NCBI GenBank assembly: GCA_963675245.1
Contig: OY775910.1
Location: 512,001 to 576,000, forward strand
From: Acholeplasmataceae bacterium
Lineage (GTDB): Bacteria; Bacillota_I; Bacilli_A; Acholeplasmatales; Acholeplasmataceae
Reading direction: 5' to 3'
DNA: 64,000 nt
A program made the position numbers and the translations under genes. Shown in pieces: positions 34,244 through 43,471 of this stretch. Numbering within the stretch: position 1 is the first letter of the stretch; every line of letters starts with the position of its first letter. The notes under the pieces were generated by a model. It was not told the DNA's origin and searched no databases. It was given only the letters and a program-made list of their open reading frames with translations.

Positions 34244-34738
34244 CTATTTAAGTTTAAAATCATACCACATTTGAAACGGATACCATTTAGGAAAATATCT
34301 ATTACCTACATAATGAACGGTATTACCATCAAAACTCATTTGATATTTTGTCCATCCTAACCATCCTGGCATTTTTGGATTTCTCATTGGAACTTTACCA
34401 TATAAGCTTGTTCCTGAATTTGGATATTTTTTTGCAGCATTCATAGTTATGCTTGATTTTAAATTATTAGGTTGTGTATTATCTGTCTTTCCATTACCCC
34501 ATATCACAAGATATTTGATATTTGGTAAGTCTTTAATGAAATCAAATGAATCAATTTCACCCGACCATTGATCAATAATCACTTTATCAATGCCTTTTTG
34601 TTTAATATAGTCAATTTGTCTGTCGTTATCTTTGGTGTCAATAATGATAGCTTCTTTGATGAGCGCTCCACCTTGATATTGAAAAATCGAGTAAAACCAA
34701 TAACCATCTCTCTTTTCGCATACTAATTCTTTATTCAT
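34244..34738 (-). pseudogene. Deletion chimera: LRR-like immunity N-terminus fused to a toxin C-terminus
   Basis: N-half ...SFDFIKDLPNIKYLVI (LRR-like); C-half QPNNLK...MRNPKMPGWLGWTKYQ...VHYVGN...DFKLK resembles polymorphic-toxin RNase tips. Confidence 0.55.
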
Positions 34739-34747
34739 AACCAGCTC

Positions 34748-34976
34748 CTATCTGCCCCAGTAATCATCTAAATATAACGTGAATTGATTATTTTGCCAAT
34801 AATATCGTCTGCCTAGTGACCATATTTTGTCATAGAACTCTCTGTTTCAACTTTTATATCCATATTCAACCATCCACATTAATAAATCTTCTCTCTTCAG
34901 GATTGTAATATCTGCTATTTAAGTAATATAACCCTACTTCTTCATCATATTGATATCCCCTATATCATTATGGATT
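34748..34976 (-). pseudogene. Degenerate RHS core fragment joined to a toxin C-terminal fragment
   Basis: NP**YRGYQYDEEVGLYYLNSRYYNPEERRFINVDG (34976-34869), then in another frame ...REFYDKIWSLGRRYYWQNNQFTLYLDDYWGR* abutting the next RBS. Confidence 0.85.
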
Positions 34977-35067
34977 TCTATTACCACAATCAGATATGAT
35001 ATAACCTGTAGTTTTCTAAATATTTATAATCTTTTTAAATTTAAAGCCTTTTTTTATGAAACTATTA

Positions 35068-36048
35068 TCATAGCTTAACTAAATCATAGTCCGAAAGGTC
35101 TATATTCACTACTAAACTATTATCTCTACATAACGTATATTTACTGTCTGCAGTTTTTAACAAACTTTTAATTAGTTCTCCAAAATTTTCAAACTCAATT
35201 AATGCTATCATATGTCTTTCATTTAATTCTCTAATTTCAATCTCTCCTTTTGTCAAATAGATTTCATCTAATTTTCCAAGAAAACTAATTTTTTTATATC
35301 CAAGACTCGGGTTACGTGAATACATAAATCTAAGATTATATTTATTCTCTGATGTCCAATGAAGTGCTGGAAAGTTAGTTCTACGTTTTGAATGATAACC
35401 TTCTTCAAGAGCAGGAATATCTTTCATAAATTCCAATGTCTGTATGTCATCCACACTATAGTAATTGTATAAATAAACTGGGACTTCATTAGAAACGGCT
35501 ATACAACCTTCTCTTTGGCTCAAATCAACAATAAAATACCCGTAGCAAGCTTTTCCTTCTTGATGAATGATATCACATTCAATTCTGTACGCATAGACAC
35601 CATGATTCACTAATTTTTTTATGTTTTTGAAAAAGGAATCCGATCTAAGTTTCTTTTCAGCTACCATTTCTTTATCTAATGCTAAAAACATTTTTTTTGC
35701 TTGATTTAGCATTTGCTCATGTGTTGTTTTAGGAGCATAGTTAAGATCTAAATAGTTCTCATAAGGATCAAATAGCATAAACTCATCTTGTCTATTTACT
35801 AAATCAATATATGCTTGTTTAGCTTTCTCTTTGACTTCTGGAATAAGTCTACCAAGTTCCCACTGATAATATCCTAGTGATAACCATACCATTATTGGTA
35901 TGAATGATTTATCCATCAATATATTTTCATAGTCTTCGATGGTTAGTTTTGTTGCCTTTTCACTAGTTTCCCCGCTTTTTAAATAATCAAAATATGCTAA
36001 ACATATTTCTTCTACCATTAAATTTTCAAAATAGTATTTTACCCGCAT
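35068..36048 (-). CDS. Putative immunity protein for the GIY-YIG toxin
   Basis: Starts 4 nt after the toxin stop; helical N-domain with WLSLGYYQWELGRL. Confidence 0.6.
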   Translation of the reverse strand: MRVKYYFENLMVEEICLAYFDYLKSGETSEKATKLTIEDYENILMDKSFIPIMVWLSLGYYQWELGRLIPEVKEKAKQAYIDLVNRQDEFMLFDPYENYLDLNYAPKTTHEQMLNQAKKMFLALDKEMVAEKKLRSDSFFKNIKKLVNHGVYAYRIECDIIHQEGKACYGYFIVDLSQREGCIAVSNEVPVYLYNYYSVDDIQTLEFMKDIPALEEGYHSKRRTNFPALHWTSENKYNLRFMYSRNPSLGYKKISFLGKLDEIYLTKGEIEIRELNERHMIALIEFENFGELIKSLLKTADSKYTLCRDNSLVVNIDLSDYDLVKL

Positions 36049-36052
36049 ATAA

Positions 36053-36586
36053 TTATCTTCCTCCTAATTTTTCCCATAATAACCTTAATTCACTATCTAT
36101 TTTGTTAAGAATTAAAGATCCAGGATATCGTCTGTTTGATACACTTTTCCTTAAATTATATGGTAACATTTTGTCTGAGAATGGACTCACATCTATAATA
36201 TTATCCAAACCATGTGATAATATTAATCCCGTTTCCAATACACGTGCCTGTGATTCACTCATAGCACTTGAATAATTCATCTTTATAAATTGTCCAAACC
36301 TATTTTTATGGTCACGTAATCTTGTCTTTGGATTTTTTGTAATACCAACATAAAACACATTATTGTGTTCATCAAGTAGCGTATAGACATAATAATTGTC
36401 TTTGTTCCTTGCTGAATGTGCCGTCTCAATCGCCTCAGCGATTTCGACAACTGCAGGTTTAATTGCTACTGATGCTATAATTGCGATTATAAAGATTATT
36501 CCCCAAACGACTAAATCATCTGCAATTGCTATATTTCCTGTTGGATCTGTGAACATTACTGGATTAATGTACATATGTAGCGCCAT
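36053..36586 (-). CDS. Orphan RHS C-terminal toxin module with GIY-YIG nuclease
   Basis: NPVMFTDPTG, TM segment, YVYTL...FYVGITKNPKTRLRDH...ARVLE...YN. Confidence 0.85.
   Translation of the reverse strand: MALHMYINPVMFTDPTGNIAIADDLVVWGIIFIIAIIASVAIKPAVVEIAEAIETAHSARNKDNYYVYTLLDEHNNVFYVGITKNPKTRLRDHKNRFGQFIKMNYSSAMSESQARVLETGLILSHGLDNIIDVSPFSDKMLPYNLRKSVSNRRYPGSLILNKIDSELRLLWEKLGGR
36555..36585. repeat. 31-bp cassette-boundary motif, copy 3
   Basis: ATTACTGGATTAATGTACATATGTAGCGCCA. Confidence 0.8.
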
Positions 36587-36705
36587 GGGATTATATTTTG
36601 GTTTTAATTGACTTTATTATATTATTCGAACACTTATAATCAATATCATTCTTTGTTATTTCTAAAGTAACTTTTTATATCATGCTTTTTTTAGTGGTGC
36701 ACTTG

Positions 36706-37140
36706 TCAATCACTCTTAACCTTGATACCGTAAAATTGTCCTGTCTTGACAATTTGTACCTCAATGACTTCTGCTAACGCTCTAAATATTCTGTTCTTGT
36801 TCCACCAAAAAAATGGATTTTTGAAGAAGAAGATTTTCTCGTGCTGTTCCCAGATACCTTTTTCTGTTTCAAATACATTAATTTTGTATTTGTGACGACC
36901 CATAAATTCCGGTTCTACATACATTTTCAAAAAATCAATACTATTGAAGTACGCAAAGTTTAAATCCCCTCTTGCTTCAATGCTTAAAACAGAGAAACAA
37001 CCATTTTCGTTATAATAACTATACGTATCTAAAGATGCGTTTTTACCCAAATAGTTTTCAAATATATGACTTGAATATTTCATGCCGTATTTAACACACA
37101 AAAAATCTAAATTTTTTTTAATTATTTCTTCCATAAACAA
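36706..37140 (-). CDS. Putative immunity protein
   Basis: GGAG RBS immediately after the stop of the upstream toxin gene. Confidence 0.6.
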   Translation of the reverse strand: MFMEEIIKKNLDFLCVKYGMKYSSHIFENYLGKNASLDTYSYYNENGCFSVLSIEARGDLNFAYFNSIDFLKMYVEPEFMGRHKYKINVFETEKGIWEQHEKIFFFKNPFFWWNKNRIFRALAEVIEVQIVKTGQFYGIKVKSD

Positions 37141-37144
37141 CTCC

Positions 37145-38035
37145 TTATAGATAATAATTTAGTGGCATTTTCCAAATATGCCTAGTTCTCCATATACCCA
37201 CAATCAGTTTTTCGGTACCATAATACAGTCCTCTTCCTCTATGTAAAGTAGTCATACCGATATCAATGACAGTATAACCTTTTCTGAGAGTATTGAGCAT
37301 CCAATTGCCATTATGTATAACTGACCTTGTGGTATTATATAACTGTCCTAAACCTTTTGCTCCTGATTTATAACCTTTCCATGCATCATAAATATTATCG
37401 GATATCCCCATTAGACGGGCAACGTCAGTGACTCTATCTACATCTCTACCGATCATGGTAACTCTGCCAAAATCACTTATATCATCTGATTTGATATTAT
37501 CTTTTGTTGAAACACTTGCATTTGATGATTGACTACCAACAAGTAGCCAATTAACCTCATAATCTGACATTTTAAGTTTGATATTTTGACTTGTGATGTC
37601 TTTGGGAAATTTGATATCGAATTTATTATCTTTATTTTTATATGTATTTGTACTTCCATCAAAATCTAGTGAGTTATCAATGTCAAACCATTCATCGCCA
37701 ACTTGATAACGAACTGCACCATCATATAAGACAACCTCATAACTGCCATCCTGCTTTCTGAAATGTTTTTCACTTTCTGTTCTTCTCGACGTGTCTTCAG
37801 CGACAATTGGAATGTCCTTTTTATCTATATCAACATTCTTAATCTTTTCTGTTTCCACATTTTCAACAATGTCATCAACAACAGGTTCATCTTGATTCGC
37901 AAACACTTGAAGTGGAATCAAATTAAAAAGCATCGCGATTAACACAATGGTTGCGATAGCTCTTTGCATACTTTAAATTCTTCTTGTTCTCACAATAATT
38001 TCATGTGAATCAAGACCACTAAACATTCTTTTCAT
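37145..38035 (-). pseudogene. Internally deleted secreted RHS/WapA-like toxin gene (signal peptide and N-domain fused to the toxin tip)
   Basis: ATG 38035 with GGGGG RBS; in-frame TAA at 37973-37975; signal peptide ending LQVFA; EDTSRRTESEKHFRKQDGSY...WFDIDNSL N-domain; no YD repeats; tip MIGRD...NGNWM...GYTVIDIG. Confidence 0.75.
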
Positions 38036-38157
38036 TTATTTAGCCCCCTATAAAACGATTGATTTTAGTTGTACATCGTTGTTGTTATTTCTTATATCAT
38101 ATCACTATAAAAATGCTTTGTAAACGACAAATATGTCATAGTCGTGATTAATTTATA

Positions 38158-38263
38158 AAAAAAAGCGGCATTATCTGCCGCTTTGCGTTTAATTTGCGAT
38201 TAAGTCTGAATACGCATCGTTTGCGAATTCACTTGAGAAATAATCTGTCATATCAGCAATAAC
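38158..38263. repeat. Direct repeat, right copy, including terminator AAAGCGGCA-TTATC-TGCCGCTTT
   Basis: Matches 32585-32690. Confidence 0.95.
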
Positions 38264-39805
38264 TGGTGCAGTTAAATCTTGTGCAACATCATTGATCACG
38301 ACACTCTCAACGCCAACAACACCATAAACATGTGCTAATTCGCGAGATGCTTTTCCGATAAGGCTACCTACATTGAGAACAACATCAGCAGCTGCAGATA
38401 CCGTAATACCTGTATCACCTGGAACCCATACAACAGCGTTTAGTGCATATGGTGGTTGATAATTCCCAACTAAACCACCAACGAAGAATCTCTTGTAAAC
38501 GCCTGTGTCAGCATCAGCAGATACATGTTCAACGTTAATATTACCAGCAAAGAAACCATCTTTAACTTTTAATGAACTGTTACCGATTAAACCACCAACA
38601 TATAATGTATAGGTACCAGTTGTGAATGTTTCTGCTAGCTGTATATCAACATAGACATCAATATTACCAGTCACAACAACATCACTAACATTACTTGAAT
38701 TTTCTGAAGCTAATTTATCACCAATTGCCCCACCGATAGCTACTTTGACTTGATCTTCATCATCAAATGCATCAATATAGGTTTGATAGGATAAATCAAT
38801 ATCAGCGTTCACTTCATGAATTTCTGAATCGACTTCTGAAAAACCGACGACTCCACCCATTTTAACAAGATAACCCTCATTATTATCGATTGAAGTTGTT
38901 TCAAGTGAGATGGAAGAGTTTGAAATGGTTGCCCCATTAAGTGTTCCTTTTAATTCACCAGCAATCCCACCAATATATACAAAATCATCTGATGATGATG
39001 TGATGTAATAATGACTGTTTGTGACATGAACATTCTCAATGGAGACATTGCTTGATGCCACATATCCAAATAAGAATCCGATGCGAGCGAGATTACTAAT
39101 CGCTTGTGGTGCTTCCAGCGTACCAATCGTTACATGATCAACTGTAAGATTAGACACATTAGCTGCAGAACTCACGTAACCAAAGACACCAATATAATAA
39201 TAATTACTATCAGGGTTTGTCGTTGAATTTGATGTTGTAATATTAATGTTACTTAATGTGTGGTTTTGGCCATCAAATGTGCCAGAAAAATATGTTGTAT
39301 CAAATGGTGAAATATAATCGATTCCTTCAAAGTCAAGATCGTTATCTAGCACGTAATCCGCACCACGATATGCGTCCATTGCTAGAAATTCTTCAACTGT
39401 TGAAATGTGAATTGTACCGATTGTTTGGAATGTAAATCGTTCAACAGCAATTACATCTCGATCTACAGTGGCTTCTACAATAATATAATAAGATTGTTCT
39501 AAGCCTAATCCTGCAAATGTAATGGTTGCCCCATCAATTGCATAATCTCCAGTAGTGCTCTTGCTAAAACTTCTTGAAGATATCGCTTCATCGTCAGCAT
39601 TATATAAGCGCGCATAAATTGTGCCTGTGATTTCATCTTCAGGATCATCAACAGTCAGTTTGACTGTAATGCTATTTTGATTAATTGATTCATCCGTAAA
39701 TGATGCTGTAATGGCAGTTTCATCATCAATCACAGTACCTTCTTTACATGCAACTAATGCAAATAAACTTACAATGGTTAATAAAATCAATACAAATTTC
39801 TTCAT
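38189..39805 (-). CDS. Surface lipoprotein with GLUG/ZmpA-type beta-helix repeats
   Basis: Lipobox LVAC; YVLDNDLDF, FSGTFDGQNHTLSN, repeated (Y/F)VGGL(I/V)G. Confidence 0.8.
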   Translation of the reverse strand: MKKFVLILLTIVSLFALVACKEGTVIDDETAITASFTDESINQNSITVKLTVDDPEDEITGTIYARLYNADDEAISSRSFSKSTTGDYAIDGATITFAGLGLEQSYYIIVEATVDRDVIAVERFTFQTIGTIHISTVEEFLAMDAYRGADYVLDNDLDFEGIDYISPFDTTYFSGTFDGQNHTLSNINITTSNSTTNPDSNYYYIGVFGYVSSAANVSNLTVDHVTIGTLEAPQAISNLARIGFLFGYVASSNVSIENVHVTNSHYYITSSSDDFVYIGGIAGELKGTLNGATISNSSISLETTSIDNNEGYLVKMGGVVGFSEVDSEIHEVNADIDLSYQTYIDAFDDEDQVKVAIGGAIGDKLASENSSNVSDVVVTGNIDVYVDIQLAETFTTGTYTLYVGGLIGNSSLKVKDGFFAGNINVEHVSADADTGVYKRFFVGGLVGNYQPPYALNAVVWVPGDTGITVSAAADVVLNVGSLIGKASRELAHVYGVVGVESVVINDVAQDLTAPVIADMTDYFSSEFANDAYSDLIAN

Positions 39806-41145
39806 GCTATACCTCTCATTTTGTTAATGACGTAATTTAATCTATTTAACACACGATCTTTTTCTAAAAGACAGAGTGCAACAGGAAGACTTGGACCATG
39901 CATATCGCCTGTGGATGCGATTCTTAATCCCATCCATAACGCTTTACCCTTAGTTTCGGTATCTTTTCCTGCTTGTTTAATGGCTTCTTCAATTGATACA
40001 ACAGACATATCAGATTGTTCAAGCAATACTTTAAATGATTCAATAAGATTTAAACTGTTTTGTTCATTAAGAAAATCATATGCTTCTTGATTTAATTCAA
40101 ATGCATCATGGAAAAACGCATGATAGAGTTCCACGATTTGTCCAATATGTGTCATACGATCTTGGAATAATTCTGCTAATAATTTCAACCAATCTTCTGA
40201 TGGAATGTCAATGGCTGCTTTTTCCAAATATGGACGCATCAAATCCGCTAGCGTATCAACATCAAGCGCTTTGATATACTTACTGTTAACAAACGCTAGT
40301 TTTTCTTTATCAAACATTGATGGTGCCTTTGTTAATCTATTTGGATCAAATAATTCAATAATTTCATCATGTGTGAGTATTTCTTTATTGGTTGGTGGTG
40401 ACCAACCCAATAAAGCAATAAAGTTATACATCGCTTCTGGCAAATAGCCCATGTTGGCATATTCAGAAATGAATTGAACAACATCTTTATCACGTTTTGA
40501 TAATTTCTTTTTTTGTTCATTCACGATGATGGTCATATGACCAAACGTTGGTGGTTCCCAACCAAACGCTTTATAAACCATGATTTGTTTTGGTGTGTTT
40601 GTAATATGTTCTTCACCACGTAAGACGTGAGTGATTGCCATTAGATGATCATCAATAACAACCGCGAAATTATACGTTGGAATACCATTATCTTTCATGA
40701 TAATCCAATCTTCAACTTCTTTTGATTCAAACGATAAGTTTCCGCGAACAATATCCTTAAAAGAATAGGTTTGGTCGTTAGGCACTTTAATGCGAATCGC
40801 GAATAGATCGCTACCTTCTCTAAACTCTTTATAAGCGAGACCGCGTTCCAACAACTCATTCGCATATGCTTGATACATGTCTAGTCGTTCAAGTTGACGG
40901 TATGGACCATATTCTCCAGGATTATTTGGTGATTCATCCCAGTCAATACCTAACCATTTCAAATAATTAAATTGTGACTCTTCTCCGCCTTTGACGTTTC
41001 TAGCGACATCCGTATCTTCAATACGAATGATAAAATCTCCACCAAAGTGACGGGCAAAGAGATAATTAAATAACGCTGACCTTGCGTTTCCAATGTGTAA
41101 TAATCCAGTTGGACTCGGTGCGTAACGCACGCGAACTTTTTGCAT
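39802..41145 (-). CDS. gltX: Glutamate--tRNA ligase
   Basis: RYAPSPTG, HIGN, RIEDTD, KLSKR; start MQKVR after AGGAGG. Confidence 0.98.
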   Translation of the reverse strand: MQKVRVRYAPSPTGLLHIGNARSALFNYLFARHFGGDFIIRIEDTDVARNVKGGEESQFNYLKWLGIDWDESPNNPGEYGPYRQLERLDMYQAYANELLERGLAYKEFREGSDLFAIRIKVPNDQTYSFKDIVRGNLSFESKEVEDWIIMKDNGIPTYNFAVVIDDHLMAITHVLRGEEHITNTPKQIMVYKAFGWEPPTFGHMTIIVNEQKKKLSKRDKDVVQFISEYANMGYLPEAMYNFIALLGWSPPTNKEILTHDEIIELFDPNRLTKAPSMFDKEKLAFVNSKYIKALDVDTLADLMRPYLEKAAIDIPSEDWLKLLAELFQDRMTHIGQIVELYHAFFHDAFELNQEAYDFLNEQNSLNLIESFKVLLEQSDMSVVSIEEAIKQAGKDTETKGKALWMGLRIASTGDMHGPSLPVALCLLEKDRVLNRLNYVINKMRGIA

Positions 41146-41213
41146 AAGATGCCTCCTTACATGCAATTAATATTATACGGTAATTATTATTATTTCACAA
41201 TAATAATATGATA

Positions 41214-41741
41214 TTATTCATATTTCAAAGGACCTTTATAGCCAATTGATTTTAAATAGGTGTTTACTTGTCTGCGATTTTTAAATACGGTCACTTTATC
41301 TTTATATGTTTTTTCATACATTTTAAACGTTTTTCTTCTCGCTTTTTTACGACCATCATAAAGGATCCACCAGATGAAACTCCAGTTTAAATTTTCTGTG
41401 CAATCCTCACAAACAGAATCTCTTGTTTGATTGCGATATTTAAACCATCTATGAAAAGATCCCCATAGACATTTAAAACGATTAAAATTAAAAATAAAAA
41501 TATGATCTGCTTGTTCAAAACGTTCGGGTGCTAACTTGGTGTACGACCCATCAATTGCCCATGAGTCTTGTGTCATAAATGCTCGCATATCAACTTCAAC
41601 ATCTTTTCTGTCTCGCTCTACCCAATGTGCTTCAAATGATATACTGTCAATATGAAGAACAGGAATATTGTAAGTCTCACCGATACGCTTTGTAAATGTA
41701 GATTTCCCGGCACTTGCGTAACCAACAACTGCAATCTTCAT
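41214..41741 (-). CDS. FlaR/topology-modulation-like P-loop kinase
   Basis: GYASAGKST, LHIDSI, WAIDGSY. Confidence 0.8.
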   Translation of the reverse strand: MKIAVVGYASAGKSTFTKRIGETYNIPVLHIDSISFEAHWVERDRKDVEVDMRAFMTQDSWAIDGSYTKLAPERFEQADHIFIFNFNRFKCLWGSFHRWFKYRNQTRDSVCEDCTENLNWSFIWWILYDGRKKARRKTFKMYEKTYKDKVTVFKNRRQVNTYLKSIGYKGPLKYE

Positions 41742-41820
41742 GGCATACCTTCTTTATATTATTTTCAACACCCATATTATAACATACAAAAAAGAAAGGG
41801 ACCCATAGGGTCCCAAACGA

Positions 41821-42219
41821 TTAACGTTTTGAGAATTGTGAAGCTTTTCTTGCTTTCTTCAAACCAGGTTTCTTTCTTTCTTTCGCACGTGGATCACGTG
41901 TGATTAAGCCTGCTGGTTTTAATGTTGCACGAAGCTCAGGATTCATTTCAAGCAATGCTCTTGTAATACCATGACGGATTGCGCCAGCTTGCCCTGTTAA
42001 TCCACCACCATTAACATTAACTTGAATATCATATTTGCCTTCTGATTCAGTTAGTGCAAGTGGTTGTAATACGTCTAAACGTGTAGCCGGAGATGGAATA
42101 TATTCTTCGAAAGGACGACCGTTGATTAAGAATTCACCTTTACCTGGTGTTAAAATAACACGAGCAACCGAACTCTTTCTACGACCTGTTCCAAAAAATT
42201 GTGCTTTATCTGTAGCCAT
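41821..42219 (-). CDS. rpsI: 30S ribosomal protein S9
   Basis: [12 protein letters not shown] ... QFSKR. Confidence 0.98.
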   Translation of the reverse strand: MATDKAQFFGTGRRKSSVARVILTPGKGEFLINGRPFEEYIPSPATRLDVLQPLALTESEGKYDIQVNVNGGGLTGQAGAIRHGITRALLEMNPELRATLKPAGLITRDPRAKERKKPGLKKARKASQFSKR

Positions 42220-42222
42220 TGA

Positions 42223-42651
42223 TTAAACCTCCAAACTTTCTGGTTGTTGAGCACTATGTTTGTGCTCTGGTCCAGCATAGACGAATAATTTTCTCGCCAT
42301 TTGCGCGCCAAGTTTTGTATGAGGCAACATACCCTTGACAGCTTTCTCAACCATTCTTGTAGGAAATTTTTTCATTACGTCTTTAGCTGCCGTACTTGAG
42401 AGACCACCATTATAACCTGAGTGGCTATAATAAAGTTTTTGATCCCATTTTCTACCTGTTAAATTAATTTTTTCTGCATTAATGATAACAACATAGTCAC
42501 CACTATCTACATGAGGAGTGTAGGTTGGTTTATGTTTACCTTTTAAGACAGATGCAACCGCTGTTGCGAGACGACCTAACGTCTTGTTTTCTGCATCGAC
42601 GACATACCATTTTCTTTCAATCGTCTGTGCGTTAGCCATGAATGTTTTCAT
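42223..42651 (-). CDS. rplM: 50S ribosomal protein L13
   Basis: [20 protein letters not shown]. Confidence 0.98.
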   Translation of the reverse strand: MKTFMANAQTIERKWYVVDAENKTLGRLATAVASVLKGKHKPTYTPHVDSGDYVVIINAEKINLTGRKWDQKLYYSHSGYNGGLSSTAAKDVMKKFPTRMVEKAVKGMLPHTKLGAQMARKLFVYAGPEHKHSAQQPESLEV

Positions 42652-42654
42652 TAC

Positions 42655-42748
42655 ATTTCTCCTTATTATTTATGAAATAAGGGCTAAGTGGAATAACTTT
42701 TTAAATATGTACCTCTGTCATAATACTATAAATAGTATTGATTGTCAA
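42655..42748 (-). promoter_or_regulatory. rplM promoter and L13-leader-like 5' UTR
   Basis: TTGACA-17-TATTAT; UAUUCCAC-UUAGCCC motif; CCUUAUU can pair over the AAUAAGG RBS. Confidence 0.5.
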
Positions 42749-42762
42749 TGATTATATGCTAT

Positions 42763-43260
42763 TTAAGATACAATTTTAACGCTGGTTAAATCTGGTTCAA
42801 CAACTACTTTTTCATCTTTAGAAGTTGGAATATTTTTACCGATGTAATCAGCTCTAATTGGAAGCTCTCTATGACCTCTATCAATGAGAATTGCTAGCCT
42901 TATTTGACTAGGTCTACCGTAATCATTAATCGCGTCCATTGCTGCCCTTACGGACCGCCCAGTAAAGAGCACATCATCAATTAGAATCACATGCTTATCA
43001 TACGCGTTAAAATTTAATTTTTTAGGAATATTCATCCCCTTAACATCATCTCGGTAAGGTGTGATATCTAAACCAAAAAGTGGTACATCAACATCCGCGA
43101 ACCTTTTCAGATTTTTTTGGATAGCTAAAGCGATCGGATATCCCTTTTTTTGAATGCCAATTAACACGATTTCTGATAAGTCTGCATGGTGTTCTATGAT
43201 TTCATGTGTCATTCGTTTTAGCGTTCTTGATATTTGTTCTTCATTCATTATTTCTTTCAT
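42763..43260 (-). CDS. pyrR: Pyrimidine attenuation regulator / UPRTase
   Basis: RMTHEIIE, LDITPYRDD, DDVLFTGR, DRGHRELPIRADYIGK. Confidence 0.95.
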   Translation of the reverse strand: MKEIMNEEQISRTLKRMTHEIIEHHADLSEIVLIGIQKKGYPIALAIQKNLKRFADVDVPLFGLDITPYRDDVKGMNIPKKLNFNAYDKHVILIDDVLFTGRSVRAAMDAINDYGRPSQIRLAILIDRGHRELPIRADYIGKNIPTSKDEKVVVEPDLTSVKIVS

Positions 43261-43340
43261 ATTTATCACCATATCTATTCTATCATTATTTTTTACAATT
43301 TTCCTCTTGTAATTCTTCAAATTCATGTTATACTTGTAAA

Positions 43341-43432
43341 CAGTAAAGGTCCTTTAAGACTTGCCCGTGAGCATGTTAAGGTACTATTCATCCATACCTA
43401 CACTTAAAGGACACCTACAGGTGTCTTTTTTT
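43341..43432 (+). promoter_or_regulatory. PyrR-binding attenuator leader of the uracil permease
   Basis: Extended -10 TGnTATACT; CCUUUAA stem with CCCGUGAG loop; antiterminator pairing CCUUUAAG/CUUAAAGG overlapping the terminator GGACACCU-AC-AGGUGUCU-U tract. Confidence 0.8.
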
Positions 43433-43471
43433 GTAGAAGGCCTTTAAAAACTAAATAGAGGAGTGTTTAAC

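Larger units (their letters stand above)
32585..38263 (-). mobile_element. Genomic island carrying an RHS toxin/immunity cassette array; no integrase present
   Basis: Flanking 106-bp direct repeats, AT-rich content, RHS remnants and several pseudogenes. Confidence 0.75.

Noticed and set aside
34748..34976. TGA read as Trp (genetic code 4) to explain internal stops
   Set aside because: Several stops in the island are TAA, core genes end in TGA, and Trp is encoded by TGG; these are pseudogene lesions.
36053..36586. GIY-YIG ORF as a homing endonuclease or intron-encoded protein
   Set aside because: It follows the RHS NPVMxxDPTG junction and a TM helix and precedes an immunity-like gene; no host gene is interrupted.
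32585..38263. Island repeats as a CRISPR array or integron attC sites
   Set aside because: Only 2-3 copies, spaced 1-5.6 kb apart; no cas genes or integron integrase; no attC RYYYAAC/GTTRRRY boxes seen.
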